Positions 13,273 to 25,031 of a stretch of 45,487 nt of DNA are shown here, one piece after another (position 1 is the stretch's first letter; each line of letters opens with the position of its first letter). Below the pieces are notes generated by a model, which saw only the letters and a list, made by a program, of their open reading frames with translations, searched no databases and had not been told where the DNA came from. The position numbers and the translations under genes are program-made. Source of the stretch: Octopus sinensis (taxonomy: Eukaryota); contig NW_021835201.1 in NCBI RefSeq assembly GCF_006345805.1, forward strand, positions 1 through 45,487, read 5' to 3'.

Positions 13273-13334
13273 GGATAACTGATGAGATGCCGGAGCAGAC
13301 TTTAGCCCCGGCATCCGAAACACCGAGTTTTATT
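13273..13334 (+). ncRNA. Type-I hammerhead ribozyme motif downstream of the PLE RT remnant
   Basis: GGATAA (stem I) - CTGATGA - GATGCCGG/14-nt loop/CCGGCATC (8-bp stem II) - C - GAAAC-ACCGA-GTT - TTATT (stem I). A distal extension TTAGTTTGG / CCAACTAA is also possible. Confidence 0.75.
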
Positions 13335-13542
13335 ATGACAACCAACTAATTGTCAACATTATATATATATATATATATAAACAAGTCAAATTGCGATAAA
13401 ATAAATTATTATCGCTGGTATTTCTAGCACAAGCCATATATTTTTCATTTATCAGTACATTAAGGCGAAATATGTGATAGAAACACAGAAGCTAGATAAA
13501 TTTAGTGAAATGAAGATAAAAACATTTACTAACTCGGTTCCT

Positions 13543-13578
13543 CTTAGACTGCAGTTTCGTTCTTTTCATCAATAAAGA
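13543..13578 (-). ncRNA. Degenerate hammerhead motif (stem II largely lost)
   Basis: Minus strand: TCTTTA-TTGATGA-AAAGAAC-GAAAC-TGCA-GTC-TAAGA, in a segment of about 220 bp bounded by (TA)n tracts. Confidence 0.4.
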
Positions 13579-13600
13579 TAATTTATTTGCTCAGGGAGAA

Positions 13601-13604
<4 letters not shown>

Positions 13605-13646
<42 letters not shown>

Positions 13647-13715
13647 TAGATAGATAGAGATAGATAGATAGATAGATAGATAGAGATAGATAGATAGATA
13701 GATAGATAGATATAT
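13605..13715. repeat. Compound (TA)n-(GA)n-(GATA)n microsatellite
   Basis: Directly visible. Confidence 0.95.
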
Positions 13716-14438
13716 GCATACACTCATGCGCAGATACACACACACATGCATAGATACAATGAGAGTGAGTGAGGGAGAGAAACTTAAGAAATGAAATATG
13801 TTGCACTGTGGATTAATCATCAATACTTAATAAATTTCCAATGTAGTTTTACACGAACGGTCTCCTTTCTTTAAAATGGTTTTCTTCTATTCATTATAAA
13901 AAATAACTAATGCATTCCTTAATAGATTGTATTTGGAGTGTACGCAGTTGCATGGGTATTACTGCAAAACGATGTCTGTAAAGGAAAACGAGAACATCAT
14001 GCTGCAGACAAAACAGCGAAAGCGATATCTAAAACGATGACGTTATGATTAATTTATACGCAGCAGTCACATACCCCTTCCTCATATATCCACTTTCTGA
14101 TTATCTTCTCGATGGGGAAACATCAAGACTATAAACGTCGATAACCGAGAGGCTTTACCAGCGAAATTCTGAATATTAAATGAGTTTTACTTGAACATTT
14201 AAAATTAATGGTAATTTATATAAACTAGCGCCACCCGGAGAAATGCTAAGTTTTATAAATGTTCATATATTTCTATTCCGATACATAAATTTATCGATCT
14301 TACTAACGTTGTTCGTTATTGTATATCTGTAGTTAATGTCTTACATTTTCTTCCCTAGTTCAAATAGAAAGTGTCTAACTCGAACTCCTTTTACTATGTT
14401 AAAATTTTTTGTTCTTTAGTTCAGTCCCCACTAGGGTA

Positions 14439-14630
14439 AGGCAGCGAGCTGACGAAAACGTTAGCGGCATATCATCTGCCTTTTAGTTCTGAGTTCAAAT
14501 TCCGCCGAGGGTGATTTTTGCTTTTCATCCTTCGGGGTCGATAAAATAGTACTAGTTTAGCAAAAGTCGATGTAATCAATTAGTTCTCTCCCTGCAAATT
14601 TCAGTCCTTGTGTCTATAGTGGAAACGAAT
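14439..14630 (+). mobile_element. SINE family A, diverged copy
   Basis: GGCAGCGAGCTGACGAAAACGTTAG..GAGTTCAAATTCCGCCGAGG..CATCCTTCGGGGTCGATAAAATAGTAC. Confidence 0.85.
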
Positions 14631-14664
14631 GTTAACAAATTTGATTACGTCTTCTTGTTTGTTT

Positions 14665-14701
<37 letters not shown>

Positions 14702-15681
14702 CAAAATGGAGTTGTTGAGTACCGCACGAGTGGAATTATATACGAAAGAAGGTTTGAAAATGCAATTTAAAAGATGTTTATTTACTTTACCGGTTTCACT
14801 CTTTGGAAAAAGATTGTCAAAAGTAACATGTAGAAGTTTGGTTGCGTTAATTATTGGTTGTTTCAAATTGCTACATTACATATATACAGTCTTTGGTAAC
14901 AGGGACATGTTAAGGACATAAAAAAGTTCAACAAGTTCCTTAATATATATATATATATATATATATATACTTGTCTTCCAAAGTTTAGTTAATACCGAGT
15001 TCTTATAGATCTCAACGGGAGTCAGTTGTACACACGTTTATCGACCTTGACTTCTTAACATCGTTCGTCATTTAGCATTTCCAGGATTTTGTCTTTTTAC
15101 ACCACGGTATGGATATTATGCCTATTTTCTCGCTTTTTCTCCTTCCTCTTCCTTATCTTATTTCCATCACATGTCATGAATGCTACCCTTAAATAAGTGC
15201 AAAACCTATCCGCTATATTTAAGTTTTACGAACCTTCGTCTTTTAAGGTACAAATCTATACAAATTAAGTTTCAGCTATAACTGACAAAGTACTCATTGT
15301 ACTTTAACACCACACAATTAAAATAAAACCCGGTCGCTGAAGTGCAACGAATATGTTGATACTTCAAGAAATGATGGTAACTAAATTTAAGAAATAAATT
15401 GCTGTAGTAGAATTATTTACCCAACGGCAATATATTCGCGGTGTGATGGATATCATAGATAAAATAGGTGACACCACAGCAATATTTTCTATGTTTTATA
15501 CAGGAGAAGCGAGACGCACCATTAGTTTCTATCCATCAGTTAAAATTTTCCATCTTCTTATTTGACTAAATAAATCAGAATTGTTAAGAAAAATTAAATT
15601 TTATAAATATGAATAATAAAATAATTAAATTCTAAATAAAAGGAACCAATCAAAAGAGAATAGTCGAACTTAAGTCATCTT

Positions 15682-15889
15682 AAATTTTGGTTTCAAGGCC
15701 ATGAAGTTTGGGGATGGGTTTATGTCAACTGCATCACCCCCGGTGCTTAACTGGTACTTAATTTATAGATTCTGAAAGAATGAAAGGCAAAGTGGACCTC
15801 GGCGGAGTTTAACTCACAATGCAAAGACGGACGACATGCTGCTAAGCATTTTGCCCGGCGCGCTAACGATTTTGCCAGTTCGCCATCTT
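15682..15889 (-). mobile_element. SINE family A, diverged copy
   Basis: Reverse complement of the family A head and body (CTGGTACTTAATTTAT..GAAAGGCAAAGTGGACCTCGGCGGA..GCTAAGCATTTTGCCCGGCGCGCTAACGA). Confidence 0.85.
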
Positions 15890-15918
15890 TACGTCATCAT
15901 AAATATTAGTCATTAGAG

Positions 15919-16124
15919 AAAGTGGCAATTTGGTAGAGTCGTTAGCACGCTGGGCTTAGTTACATTTCCTCCATCTTTGCGTTCTGAGTTCAAATTCCGT
16001 CGAGGTCGACTTTACCTTAAACCTTTCGTGGTTGATAAAATAAGTACCTGTCGAGCACTGGGATCGATGTAATCGATTTAGACCTCTCCCACCCAAATTG
16101 CTGGCTTCGTTTCAAAATTTGAAG
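15919..16124 (+). mobile_element. SINE family A, diverged copy, head-to-head with 15682-15889
   Basis: GTCGTTAGCACGCTGGGC..GTTCTGAGTTCAAATTCCGTCGAGGTCGACTTT..GATAAAATAAGTACC. Confidence 0.85.
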
Positions 16125-16283
16125 TGAATATTAATTATTAGAGGAAAAAAGAATGATAAATATAGACATATGGTGTAGTGGGCATATTCCAGGCAGTAAC
16201 CTCAATAATAATAATAATAATAATAATAACAACAACATAAAAAAATACCTTAGGAATAAGAACCCAGGTTCAAAATTTCCCAA

Positions 16284-16329
16284 GACACCTGATAAAGGCT
16301 GGAAGGTATATCAGCCGAAACGTTGTGTT
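16284..16329 (+). ncRNA. Minimal type-I hammerhead motif with a G8-to-A core change, inside a short PLE-terminal-like module (about 16236-16400)
   Basis: GACAC - CTGATAA - A - GGCTG/GAAGGTATAT/CAGCC - GAAACGTT - GTGTT: 5-bp stem I, 5-bp stem II, palindromic AACGTT stem III. The module follows an (AAT)n tract. Confidence 0.7.
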
Positions 16330-17364
16330 AACAACAAACATGATGAGGACAAATATCCGTCAAATATAAATAATGAAAATAATGTAAATAATATAAATAA
16401 AAAACAGTAAATATTTTGAAAATTATTTTAAAGAATCCTAAATAAAATTAGTTTGGGATACAAACACGGTCTCATGTCCAGCTCTAACAGTATTGATCAT
16501 GATGTTCCCAAATATATAACAAACAAAATGATAAAATATAGAATGCATTCAGTTCAATATGAAGTTTTTTGTAGTTGACTGTATAAATGAGCGGCGAACA
16601 CAGCAGCAAATGACAAGATCTGAACTCGTAACAAAGAAATCCGAAACTAAATAAATATTTAATACATTTTGTACGGTACTGTATCGCATCGTTTATTTTC
16701 AACGACTGAACATAATTAAAGTGAGGAATGTTACCACACCGAAATTTAATCATTCGATACTGAAACATAAAATTATCTATGAAGAGAAGCCACCGTGTTA
16801 ATTTTTATCTACGAACCTTTGAATAATGGTTGGCATTGTCAATGTTCAATATTATCCAAGAACAATTTCTCTCGTATGCTTTAGAACTGACATCATATTA
16901 CTTGCGTCTTATGTACAAACAATATGGTGATTGTTTTCCTTCATCTCAAAATGACCACTATAGAGTCAAGAAGTAGTTCCTAATGAAGAAGCAGGTGCAT
17001 AAATAAATAAGTAAGTAAGTAAAACGGAAACAAAAGTATCCTGCGCAGTTTATTTAGCGATACTGATTACAAACAATAATTATCAAAATTGGAACAGTAC
17101 AGTTTCAACATGGTAAAAATTTGGTTCGTTTGCAAACTTTTATCTGATTCTACCTCATTTTACAAACATAGCTAAAGACTTATATATTTGTTTATATATA
17201 TTTAGTTATTTTATAAAGTAATTGGTTAACAATGGAGTCGTTGATTACAGATTTCCAACTGGCCTAGCGAGAATTACAAGGCACAGCTTGTGGCTTCGTA
17301 GAACGAATATCGGAGGGGACTTCGCTTGTTGGTATTCTTGTCAATGTTTTTTACACCCTTTGCA

Positions 17365-17632
17365 CATATATGTATGTATTTATATGTGTTATACATATGT
17401 TTTATATATATATGTGTGTGTGTGTGTGTATTATATATATATGTTATATATATATATATGTGTGTGTGTGTATGTATTATATATATATGTTATATATATA
17501 TATATATGTGTGTGTGTGTATTATATATATATGTTATATATATATATTATGTATATATTATATATATATATATATTATTATATATATATATTATATATAT
17601 ATATATTATGTATTATTATATTATATATATAT

Positions 17633-17674
<42 letters not shown>

Positions 17675-17795
17675 TTATGTATGTATGCATGTCTTTAAGT
17701 ATGTAGGTGCGTAAGTATGAGTATATCTTTCTAACTATATACATATATACACATATATGTGTGTGTGAATGTATGTATGTATGTATGTGTGTATA
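17365..17795. repeat. Compound (TA)n/(TG)n microsatellite with roughly 45-bp higher-order repeats
   Basis: ATATATATGTGTGTGTGTGTATTATATATATATGTT-like blocks repeated about three times at 17405-17545. Confidence 0.9.
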
Positions 17796-18354
17796 GGATA
17801 AAACGGAATCCAAGGAATCTTGTATCATCTAGAAATATCGACAGAAAGAGAACGGTGAAACTACTGATGTTGGGGATAGACAATCAGCGCTTCGGACAGA
17901 ATACTTATACTAAATAAAGTTGATAAAAGGGAAATAATAGACAGCAGAGTTTTAAAATCCTCTACATCTTAGAAATTAGCAGCAGCTGATGAAGAACGCA
18001 AGGCAACGTGAGATTTATACGTAGACAGGGAAGTTGTAGGAGAGAGAAACTTGGTGAGAAAGGTAGACAGAAAGAAAACTGAAATGTGGAGAAATAGCGT
18101 GCGAACGCAAGGGTGCGGTAGTGAGGAAAGCTGAAGTGAGAGGGGATTTGACGGATACCAAATGGATTACTAAACTAAGAGGAGTTGTAGAAATTGAAGG
18201 GAAAGTTTTCATAGTAACGTTGACATAGTAACAAATTCGATTATGAAACGTGTTCCTCCCGTTTCCTTGAATATGCCTCAATGTTTTCCTAAGCGGTTTC
18301 AAACTAAATTTGTCATCAATCAATGAGGTCGCGTCGCTCTACGGAATATCTCCC

Positions 18355-18600
18355 GTACATTCTTCAAAACGGCTTCTGCGCGCCATCATTCGCTTCTTAT
18401 GCGCCAAGCACAACCACCTGACACGATAGCCCACGCACATTTCATTCTCTCCGCACATTCATTATATCTTCAAATGCAGCACACATCAACAGCAAACCTT
18501 ATGACTTTTTGGTCACTCAAAAAAGCTGCAAACTTTTCTTACTCTTCCACCAGTGTCCAAATTCTTACACATCACTCTAGGCATCTATAGTTTCACTATA
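18355..18600 (+). pseudogene. Possible PLE GIY-YIG endonuclease C-terminal remnant
   Basis: Fragments YI.Q, LRAI.R and DTIAHAHFILSAHSL resemble the PLE pattern YIGQT..EHLRAIR..DTPVARHFN...HS. Heavily decayed. Confidence 0.3.
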
Positions 18601-18885
18601 CTCAGAGATCTGTCGCTCAAAGATACCGCACGAACCCTCTTTGAAGGTGCCTAAATGTTTTTCTCTTCAAAGAGAAGCAAAGGGAATTTGCTATGTTGAG
18701 TGTTTCCTCTGTCGAAATTATCTTAGGCCTTCTTCCATAACAGAAGTTCAGGACCCCTGATGTAGAACGACTTTACCAATCTACGAGAGTAAGTCTGACC
18801 CCAAATCATTTGGTCAATTCATATAAAGACACATAGCACACAAACACAACCCACCATACACAGACACACACACACATATGTATGC

Positions 18886-18924
<39 letters not shown>

Positions 18925-19719
18925 TATACGAGTGTATGTGTGTGTGTGTGTATATCTAAATTAAACGTTCTTCGAGTGATGCCAAATGTTTAGCTTTTTC
19001 AGTATTTGCTTTAATCTATATCCACCCGCTCAAGAAGAAACCACTTCCAGCTGCCTTTGATAGGCAGTCTCAACACCATATTTTTCAGTTCTAATTCAAA
19101 CCGGAGTTTGAGTAGTAAAGCAAACTAAGCATTCATAAAAAGAACCTATTATATTACGTCAGTTGACAGAAACTCCTTGTATCTCTCTCTCTCTCCACAC
19201 ACACACACACACACACACACATTTAATTGCGTGAAATGATTGAAATGCTACAAATTGATGCAAGAACCGAGTGTGTTGTTCATGGTATTTATCTAACTAT
19301 ATTACACGATAACCTCCTTACAGTTCTCCACGCCAGTCGGTATAATAGGATCGTTCGTGTAGCAAATTTCAGATCTTCTTTATAAGTTAGAAATCATTAA
19401 CTGCAGCAGAGTGAGGTATAGTGATAAATTGACAAACGATACTGTAAATAAGATTATTCTAATATACAGAAATTCATAAGATAGGCAAGAAGCCATAAAG
19501 TGGACGATGGTTAATGTTCGCTGTAGGGTGCAAAGCTTTCTAATATCTTCTAGAGAAATAGATTAATTCTATTCAGCTATGGCTTGAAGACTATTTCAGG
19601 AATCAATATTAATTATAACTTAATCATTAATGAATTAAATTAATATTTAATAATACATTTTTGAACAAATAAAAAGAAAATGCTGTATGCTGACTAAAAG
19701 AACGTAACTAGATGAATGT

Positions 19720-20035
19720 GAGGGCGCGTGGCTTAGTGGTTAGGGCATTCGGCTCATGATCGTAAGGTTGTGAGTTCGATTCCCGGCGACGCGTTGTGTC
19801 CTTGAGCAAGACACTTTATTTCACGTTGCTCCAGTCCACTCAGCTGGCAAAAATGAGTTGTACTTGTATTTCAAAGGGTCAGCCTTGTCACTCTCTGTGT
19901 CACGCTGATTATCCCCGAGAACTACGTTAAGGGTACACGTGTCTGTGGAATGCTCAGCCATTTGCACGTTAATTTCACGAGCAAGCTGTTCCGTTGATCG
20001 TATCAGCTGGGACCCTCGTCGTCGTAACCGGCGGA
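19720..20035 (+). mobile_element. SINE family B, full length with 16-bp TSD
   Basis: A-box TGGCTTAGTGG and B-box GTTCGATTCCC; exact TSD GTAACTAGATGAATGT at 19704-19719 and 20036-20051. Confidence 0.95.
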
Positions 20036-22544
20036 GTAACTAGATGAATGTAACACGATGCTTAACGTTCTGATTCGTAAAATAAAGTAAAATGAATTCA
20101 AACAGTCTTTCAAAGTCATAACACTGCATCGGTGTACTCACCGTCTCTTTTATTCTAGCTATAGCCACTGTTTAACAATGTCTCAGTCGGGATTGAAATG
20201 ACTGCATCAGTGCCAAGTTCAGTTTACATAAATATGTGTTCCTTTACGTCATATTGAGCAACATAGAACTAGTCTGTTGTCTGAGTAAAGTTGTTTATAT
20301 GTATGTACACACACAATATAGATAATTGTATATAATATATGTATAACATATGTACGCGCGTGCACACACACACACACACACACACAGAACTTTGATCAGT
20401 TTCGCGTAGTAAATTATAACAGAATTATTGACACCAAGCTTAAGACGAAATCACAGAAAGCAATAGCAAAATACGAAGCTGTCTGTTTTTTCCTTCTTCC
20501 TCTCTTTATCCCTGAAATATCAACTATCTCATTCAATGACAAAGATAGCAGTGAACAGTAGCTGACCGCTTCATATGTATATCTGTATTTTCAATGGATA
20601 ACGCCTGAGAGAAGGAAAGAATAGGTGGCTGTTTACATCCATGTAATTTGGACATTTTTATCTTCAGGCAAAGTGACTGAGAACTTGCGCTTAGTATAAT
20701 GTAGAAAAGAAAAATGAAACATTAATTCAGATACTCTATAATTGGATTCCTTATTCTATAACCTAATCATAATTGCTGTAAAATGCGTTTCTGTTTGGAA
20801 TATAAATGTTTAGAACAGAGGTTTATATTTGAAAACATTTAAATACAGCAAAGAAGGGGATATTAATTTGACTGCCATGTGACTGACTGATAGATTGATA
20901 GGAAATGAATAGGAGGTCGATCGGTGTGAGTAAAAACCAACGTGAGATGCGTTCACCAATAAAGAGAATGAAATTGCAGGCAGGGAGAAATAGAAATATT
21001 GGTGTCGAATTCTAAGTGAAAGCTGTCTTCTAAAGCAAGGCCAGCTCAGATTCATCCAAGAAAAATAATTCAATCTGATTACACTCATTCCTTCCTTAAA
21101 GTCACTGGCGATTCTTAAGTGAAATGATTGCAGCGGGAGAAAAGAATTTTAGCGGTTTACTAGGAGTTTGCATTGCTAACGTAATGTAGAGGAAATACTA
21201 AACACATCTAACAGTTAAAGCTTGTCGGGAAAAGTATAAACAGTCCTCCCTTTCACACTTGGGTTTTTTCATTGTATATTTTAATTAGATTGGTTGTTTT
21301 TATAAGTAAATCAACTTAGACCCTCCTCATTCCTTTACGATTTATTAATCATTGACTACAAATCTACAATTGTAAATGAAATGGTTTTCAATGGTCTAAA
21401 ACGTATTTCAGCTTATCAAACTGCAATTATTTGTACATTGACCTTCTTTTTCTTTTTGCTGAAATAATATCTAGGAACGAGTATATGTGTTGCCATATAC
21501 ACCTATGCATATACTTATTTGGCTTTTTATAGGCCTTAATTTGATAATTATTCGGGTGCAGTAATCCACATGAATTTAAACAGACTGGCAGTTAAATCAT
21601 TCATTTCACAATTTGCACGAAAAGAAATTCGAAACAAAATTATTATTCACTCATAACATGTTGAAGGGATTGGTCTTAAATATATTTTCTCTTTTCGCAC
21701 ATTTTACATGAATAATGAAAACAGAAATAACATTTAAAGGTTATGGAGGGGTAGTTTCTTTTTCTTTCGGTCTGTTGCTTTTTCTGAAATGCATAAGAGC
21801 ACAATCGGAAGTCATATAGATTTATGTTTCTATTCAGCTGAAATGTTCACTCTGCTCAGTAGTAACATGTCAGATTCCTATTTTGAGTTACACACTAGTC
21901 GTACATAAGTTCGTTGTACACTCCTCGCTGGGAAACTAATACAAATATAATGTGAATCGGCCATTTTAACTACAGACTTCATTATTTCTAATTTCCTTTA
22001 CTCTTGTTTCAGTCCCCCCTCCCAGTTTTCATTTAACACGTGTAGTGGTGTCCAGTACAGCCTGCCGTCACTCACGAGCGAGTGTGGCTTGATAATGTGC
22101 ACCATGCTTCATTTTAAAATTGTTTTAGAGATCAATACAGTTGCGAGTAACTCGTTCCTCACAATCTGACCCTGCAAAACAACGAAGATATAATAGCTGG
22201 ATGGAAGGAAGGTTGCACCAGACCGAGTAGACTGGGGCAATTTGAAATGAAATGCCGTGCACCAGGACAAAACACACCATGATGTTCAGGAGCTCAAAAC
22301 ACCATGATCATTAATCAAACCGTCTAACACTATGTCAGTGTACCTCGTTCAAAATATATGCGACTTTAAAATCGGAGACGTTGAAAGCAATTTTAAACAA
22401 AATTCAACTGTTGGCTATGATTACCCATCAAACACGTGTAAATATTTGCATGTGTTTGCAAATACTAATACAGTGAGTTGGCTTAACCAGAAATCCTCTA
22501 AAATATGTGATGGATTCCCCCGTTGAAGACGACGTATAAGTGTT

Positions 22545-22807
22545 CAGCCTTTTTGCCGAACGACCTGCACAGATGACTTGTTTATAGTGATCAAATGTTC
22601 GAGCAGCACATTATCTCGCTCCCTCCATCAAATTGACACTACCTGAACAGGTGCACGATGTGCCTCGCATCAGTTGTCGAAGTGATCGCAAAGCAACATA
22701 AAATGAAGTGTTTTACTGAAGAACACAACGCACCAGCCGGTCTAGGAACTGAAACCATGATCTCGAGATCGTAAGTGCAATACCATAACCACTAGGCCAT
22801 GCGTCCT
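22545..22807 (-). mobile_element. Old SINE with family-B-like tRNA head and CORE-like domain but a different tail
   Basis: The reverse complement begins AGGACGCATGGCCTAGTGGTTATGG..CATGGTTTCAGTTCCTAGACCGGC..GTTGTGTTCTTCAGTAAAACACTTCATTT. Confidence 0.7.
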
Positions 22808-22818
22808 ATATATTGTAT

Positions 22819-23225
22819 ATTCTTTTCTACTCTAGGCACAAGGCCGGAAATGAATGGGGAGTGAGGTAGTCGATTAGATCGACCCCAGTACGCAACTGGT
22901 ACTTAATTTATCGACGCAGAAAGGATGAAAAGCAAAGTCGACCTCGGCGGAATTTGCACCCAGAACGTAAAGACAGGCAGCTAAACATTTCGCCCGGCGT
23001 GCTAACGTTTCTTAATTCTTTATTGCCCACAAGGGACTAGACATAGAGGGGACAAACAAGGACAAACAAGGACAAACAGTCCCAGTGCGTAATTGGTACT
23101 TAATTTATCGACCGCGAAAGGATGACAGGCAAAGTCGACCACGGCGGAATTTGCACTCAGACGTGAACACAGGCCGCTAAACATTTCGTCCGGCGTGCTA
23201 ACGTTTCTGAGAGCTCACCGCCTTC
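22819..23225 (-). mobile_element. SINE family A dimer
   Basis: Two head-to-tail bodies (GGTACTTAATTTATCGAC..AAAGTCGACC.CGGCGGAATTTGCAC..CTAAACATTTCG.CCGGCGTGCTAACGTTTC, twice), each with a different tail variant. Confidence 0.9.
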
Positions 23226-23989
23226 TATATACTATATATTATATTAAGAAAACATCATAACAATGCTAGCTTGAGAACCACCAAGAAACCAGGTACAATT
23301 CTACTGGAATAGCTTACCACAGTGATTAGGCATGTGGGGTGCCGGGTGGCTATTTTATTTGTGTGAATTTCCTGTTGTCGAAGGTATGCTACATTTAAGG
23401 AACAGGGGTGGGGCTGCCGAAACCAACACTACACCGCTGGCTCAAGAATAAAAGCAATGCCTTTGAATTTTACAAGACCGCTATGACTGGTGGCACAGAA
23501 GGAAGAAGAAACCATTAGAGTTCGATTGTTGGCAACAGAACGGTCTTCGTTAAGGAACCAGTGGATTGTGGTAAGCCAGGCAACAGAATTTGACTACAGT
23601 TTCTTCTTCAGTTTTACAGTATTTGTCTTACAATGGCAAATTAAATACTTATAAACGCCGTTGTACTGTATTTTGGTATATATTTTCAGCGAGGTCAGTT
23701 GGCACAACGTAGGATACTTTATAATATGCGGCCTTGAAGAAAAAGTTTTAGTCGATTATGTCAACATAGTCTGGTGCTTATATTAGGCACTTATTGAATG
23801 GATATATCAATTTTTAGAGTTGATTATTTTCACACCGACTTAAATACCGGTTTGTTTTGCATTGGTTTTCACATACAAATGCACAAACACATACTCACAC
23901 ATACATTCTCACTCATCCACACATATTTATGCATACACGCATATACATATGCATATATATATGCATATATATATGTATTATATACACAG

Positions 23990-24013
<24 letters not shown>

Positions 24014-24023
<10 letters not shown>

Positions 24024-24176
24024 TATTAGAGACAAAACCACTATTTTGCAAAACAAACAAGGAAAGACTTAATCAATACATAAAATTTTAATAAATAATT
24101 AAAATTTTATGTATTGATTAAGTCTTTCCTTGTTTGTTTTGCAAAATAGTGGTTTTGTCTCTAATAATATTTTATA
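24014..24176. repeat. Perfect inverted repeat: 79-bp arms with a 5-nt loop
   Basis: 24014-24092 is the exact reverse complement of 24098-24176 (checked base by base); loop AAATA. Confidence 0.97.
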
Positions 24177-24474
24177 ATATTTTACTATAAAATCGATTTA
24201 ATCCTAAATCTGATTTTTTCCCTGTAAATTTGGATTTATTCCCTAATATTTATTATTATATATATATATATATATTATATATATATATATATATAGGTGT
24301 GTGTGTGTGTGTGTTTATATATTTGCAATATATGTGCATATATATATACATATATATGTATAGATATATGCTTATACACACACACACACAAACATACATA
24401 TTTATACATACACATACATATATACATGTGCATGTATATGCGATTGTACATATCGATTAGACTGTTGGATGTTG

Positions 24475-24730
24475 TTACATACCGCTAGTCACAATGCGCT
24501 TCCTCGCGTTGTTGTAGCCTTCGAATGATGCCACTCCGCTGGCTTTGCAAGCAGGCAGACCAACCATCTCCCTGTAGGGAATGCCAGCCCGTCGCACGTT
24601 TACTCATTTACAGCTGAGTGGACAGGAACAATGTGAAATAAGGAATATGGCCGAAGAGCACAACGCGCCGCCGGTCTGGGAATCGAAACCACAATCTTGC
24701 GACCGTGAGTGTGCAAACCCTTAACCATAA
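24475..24730 (-). mobile_element. Old SINE with family-B-like head and CORE-like domain, distinct tail
   Basis: CAGCTGAGTGGACAGGAACAATGTGAAATAAG..GAGCACAACGCGCCGCCGGTCTGGGAATCGAAACCAC..CTTAACCA is the reverse complement of the tRNA head and core. Confidence 0.7.
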
Positions 24731-25031
24731 CCTCGAGTTATACACACTCCTACACACAAACAAATACCCCCCCCACACACACACACACGTATATGTATAT
24801 CTTCTATCATTTCAGTCAGCCATTAGACTGCGGCCATGCTGGGGCACCATCTTGAGAAATTTTAGTCGACTGAATCGAACCCGGTACTTGTTTTCGTTTT
24901 AAGCCTGGTATTCATTCTTTTGGTCTTTTGCCGCACTACTGTGTGACGGGGATGTAAAAGCATACCAACACCGGTTATCAAGAAGTGGTGGGGGACAAAC
25001 ACACACACACACACGCACACAAACATACACA

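Noticed and set aside
15388-15560. Open frame IAVVELFTQRQYIRGVMDIIDKIGDTTAIFSMFYTG, vaguely like a transposon-associated domain or an exon
   Set aside because: No start codon, no convincing splice-site pair and no motif I can name; needs tBLASTx.
16153-16410. 85-aa ORF with poly-Asn
   Set aside because: Poly-N derives from an (AAT)n tract, and the remainder is the non-coding hammerhead module.
19323-19414. Apparent plus-strand exon (CCTCCTTACAG acceptor, GAG|GTATAG donor)
   Set aside because: Stop codons in all three frames; no support as a coding exon.
19720-19790. tRNA-like sequences at SINE heads (also 9150-9218, 11335-11400, 27103-27170)
   Set aside because: A and B boxes are present but no complete cloverleaf or acceptor stem, and each continues into a SINE body; not called as tRNA genes.
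11015-23611. Further hammerhead-like fragments at 11015-11045, 18757-18795 and 23592-23611 (minus strand)
   Set aside because: Each lacks at least two required elements (core bases, stem I or stem II). They may be decayed copies but cannot be distinguished from chance.
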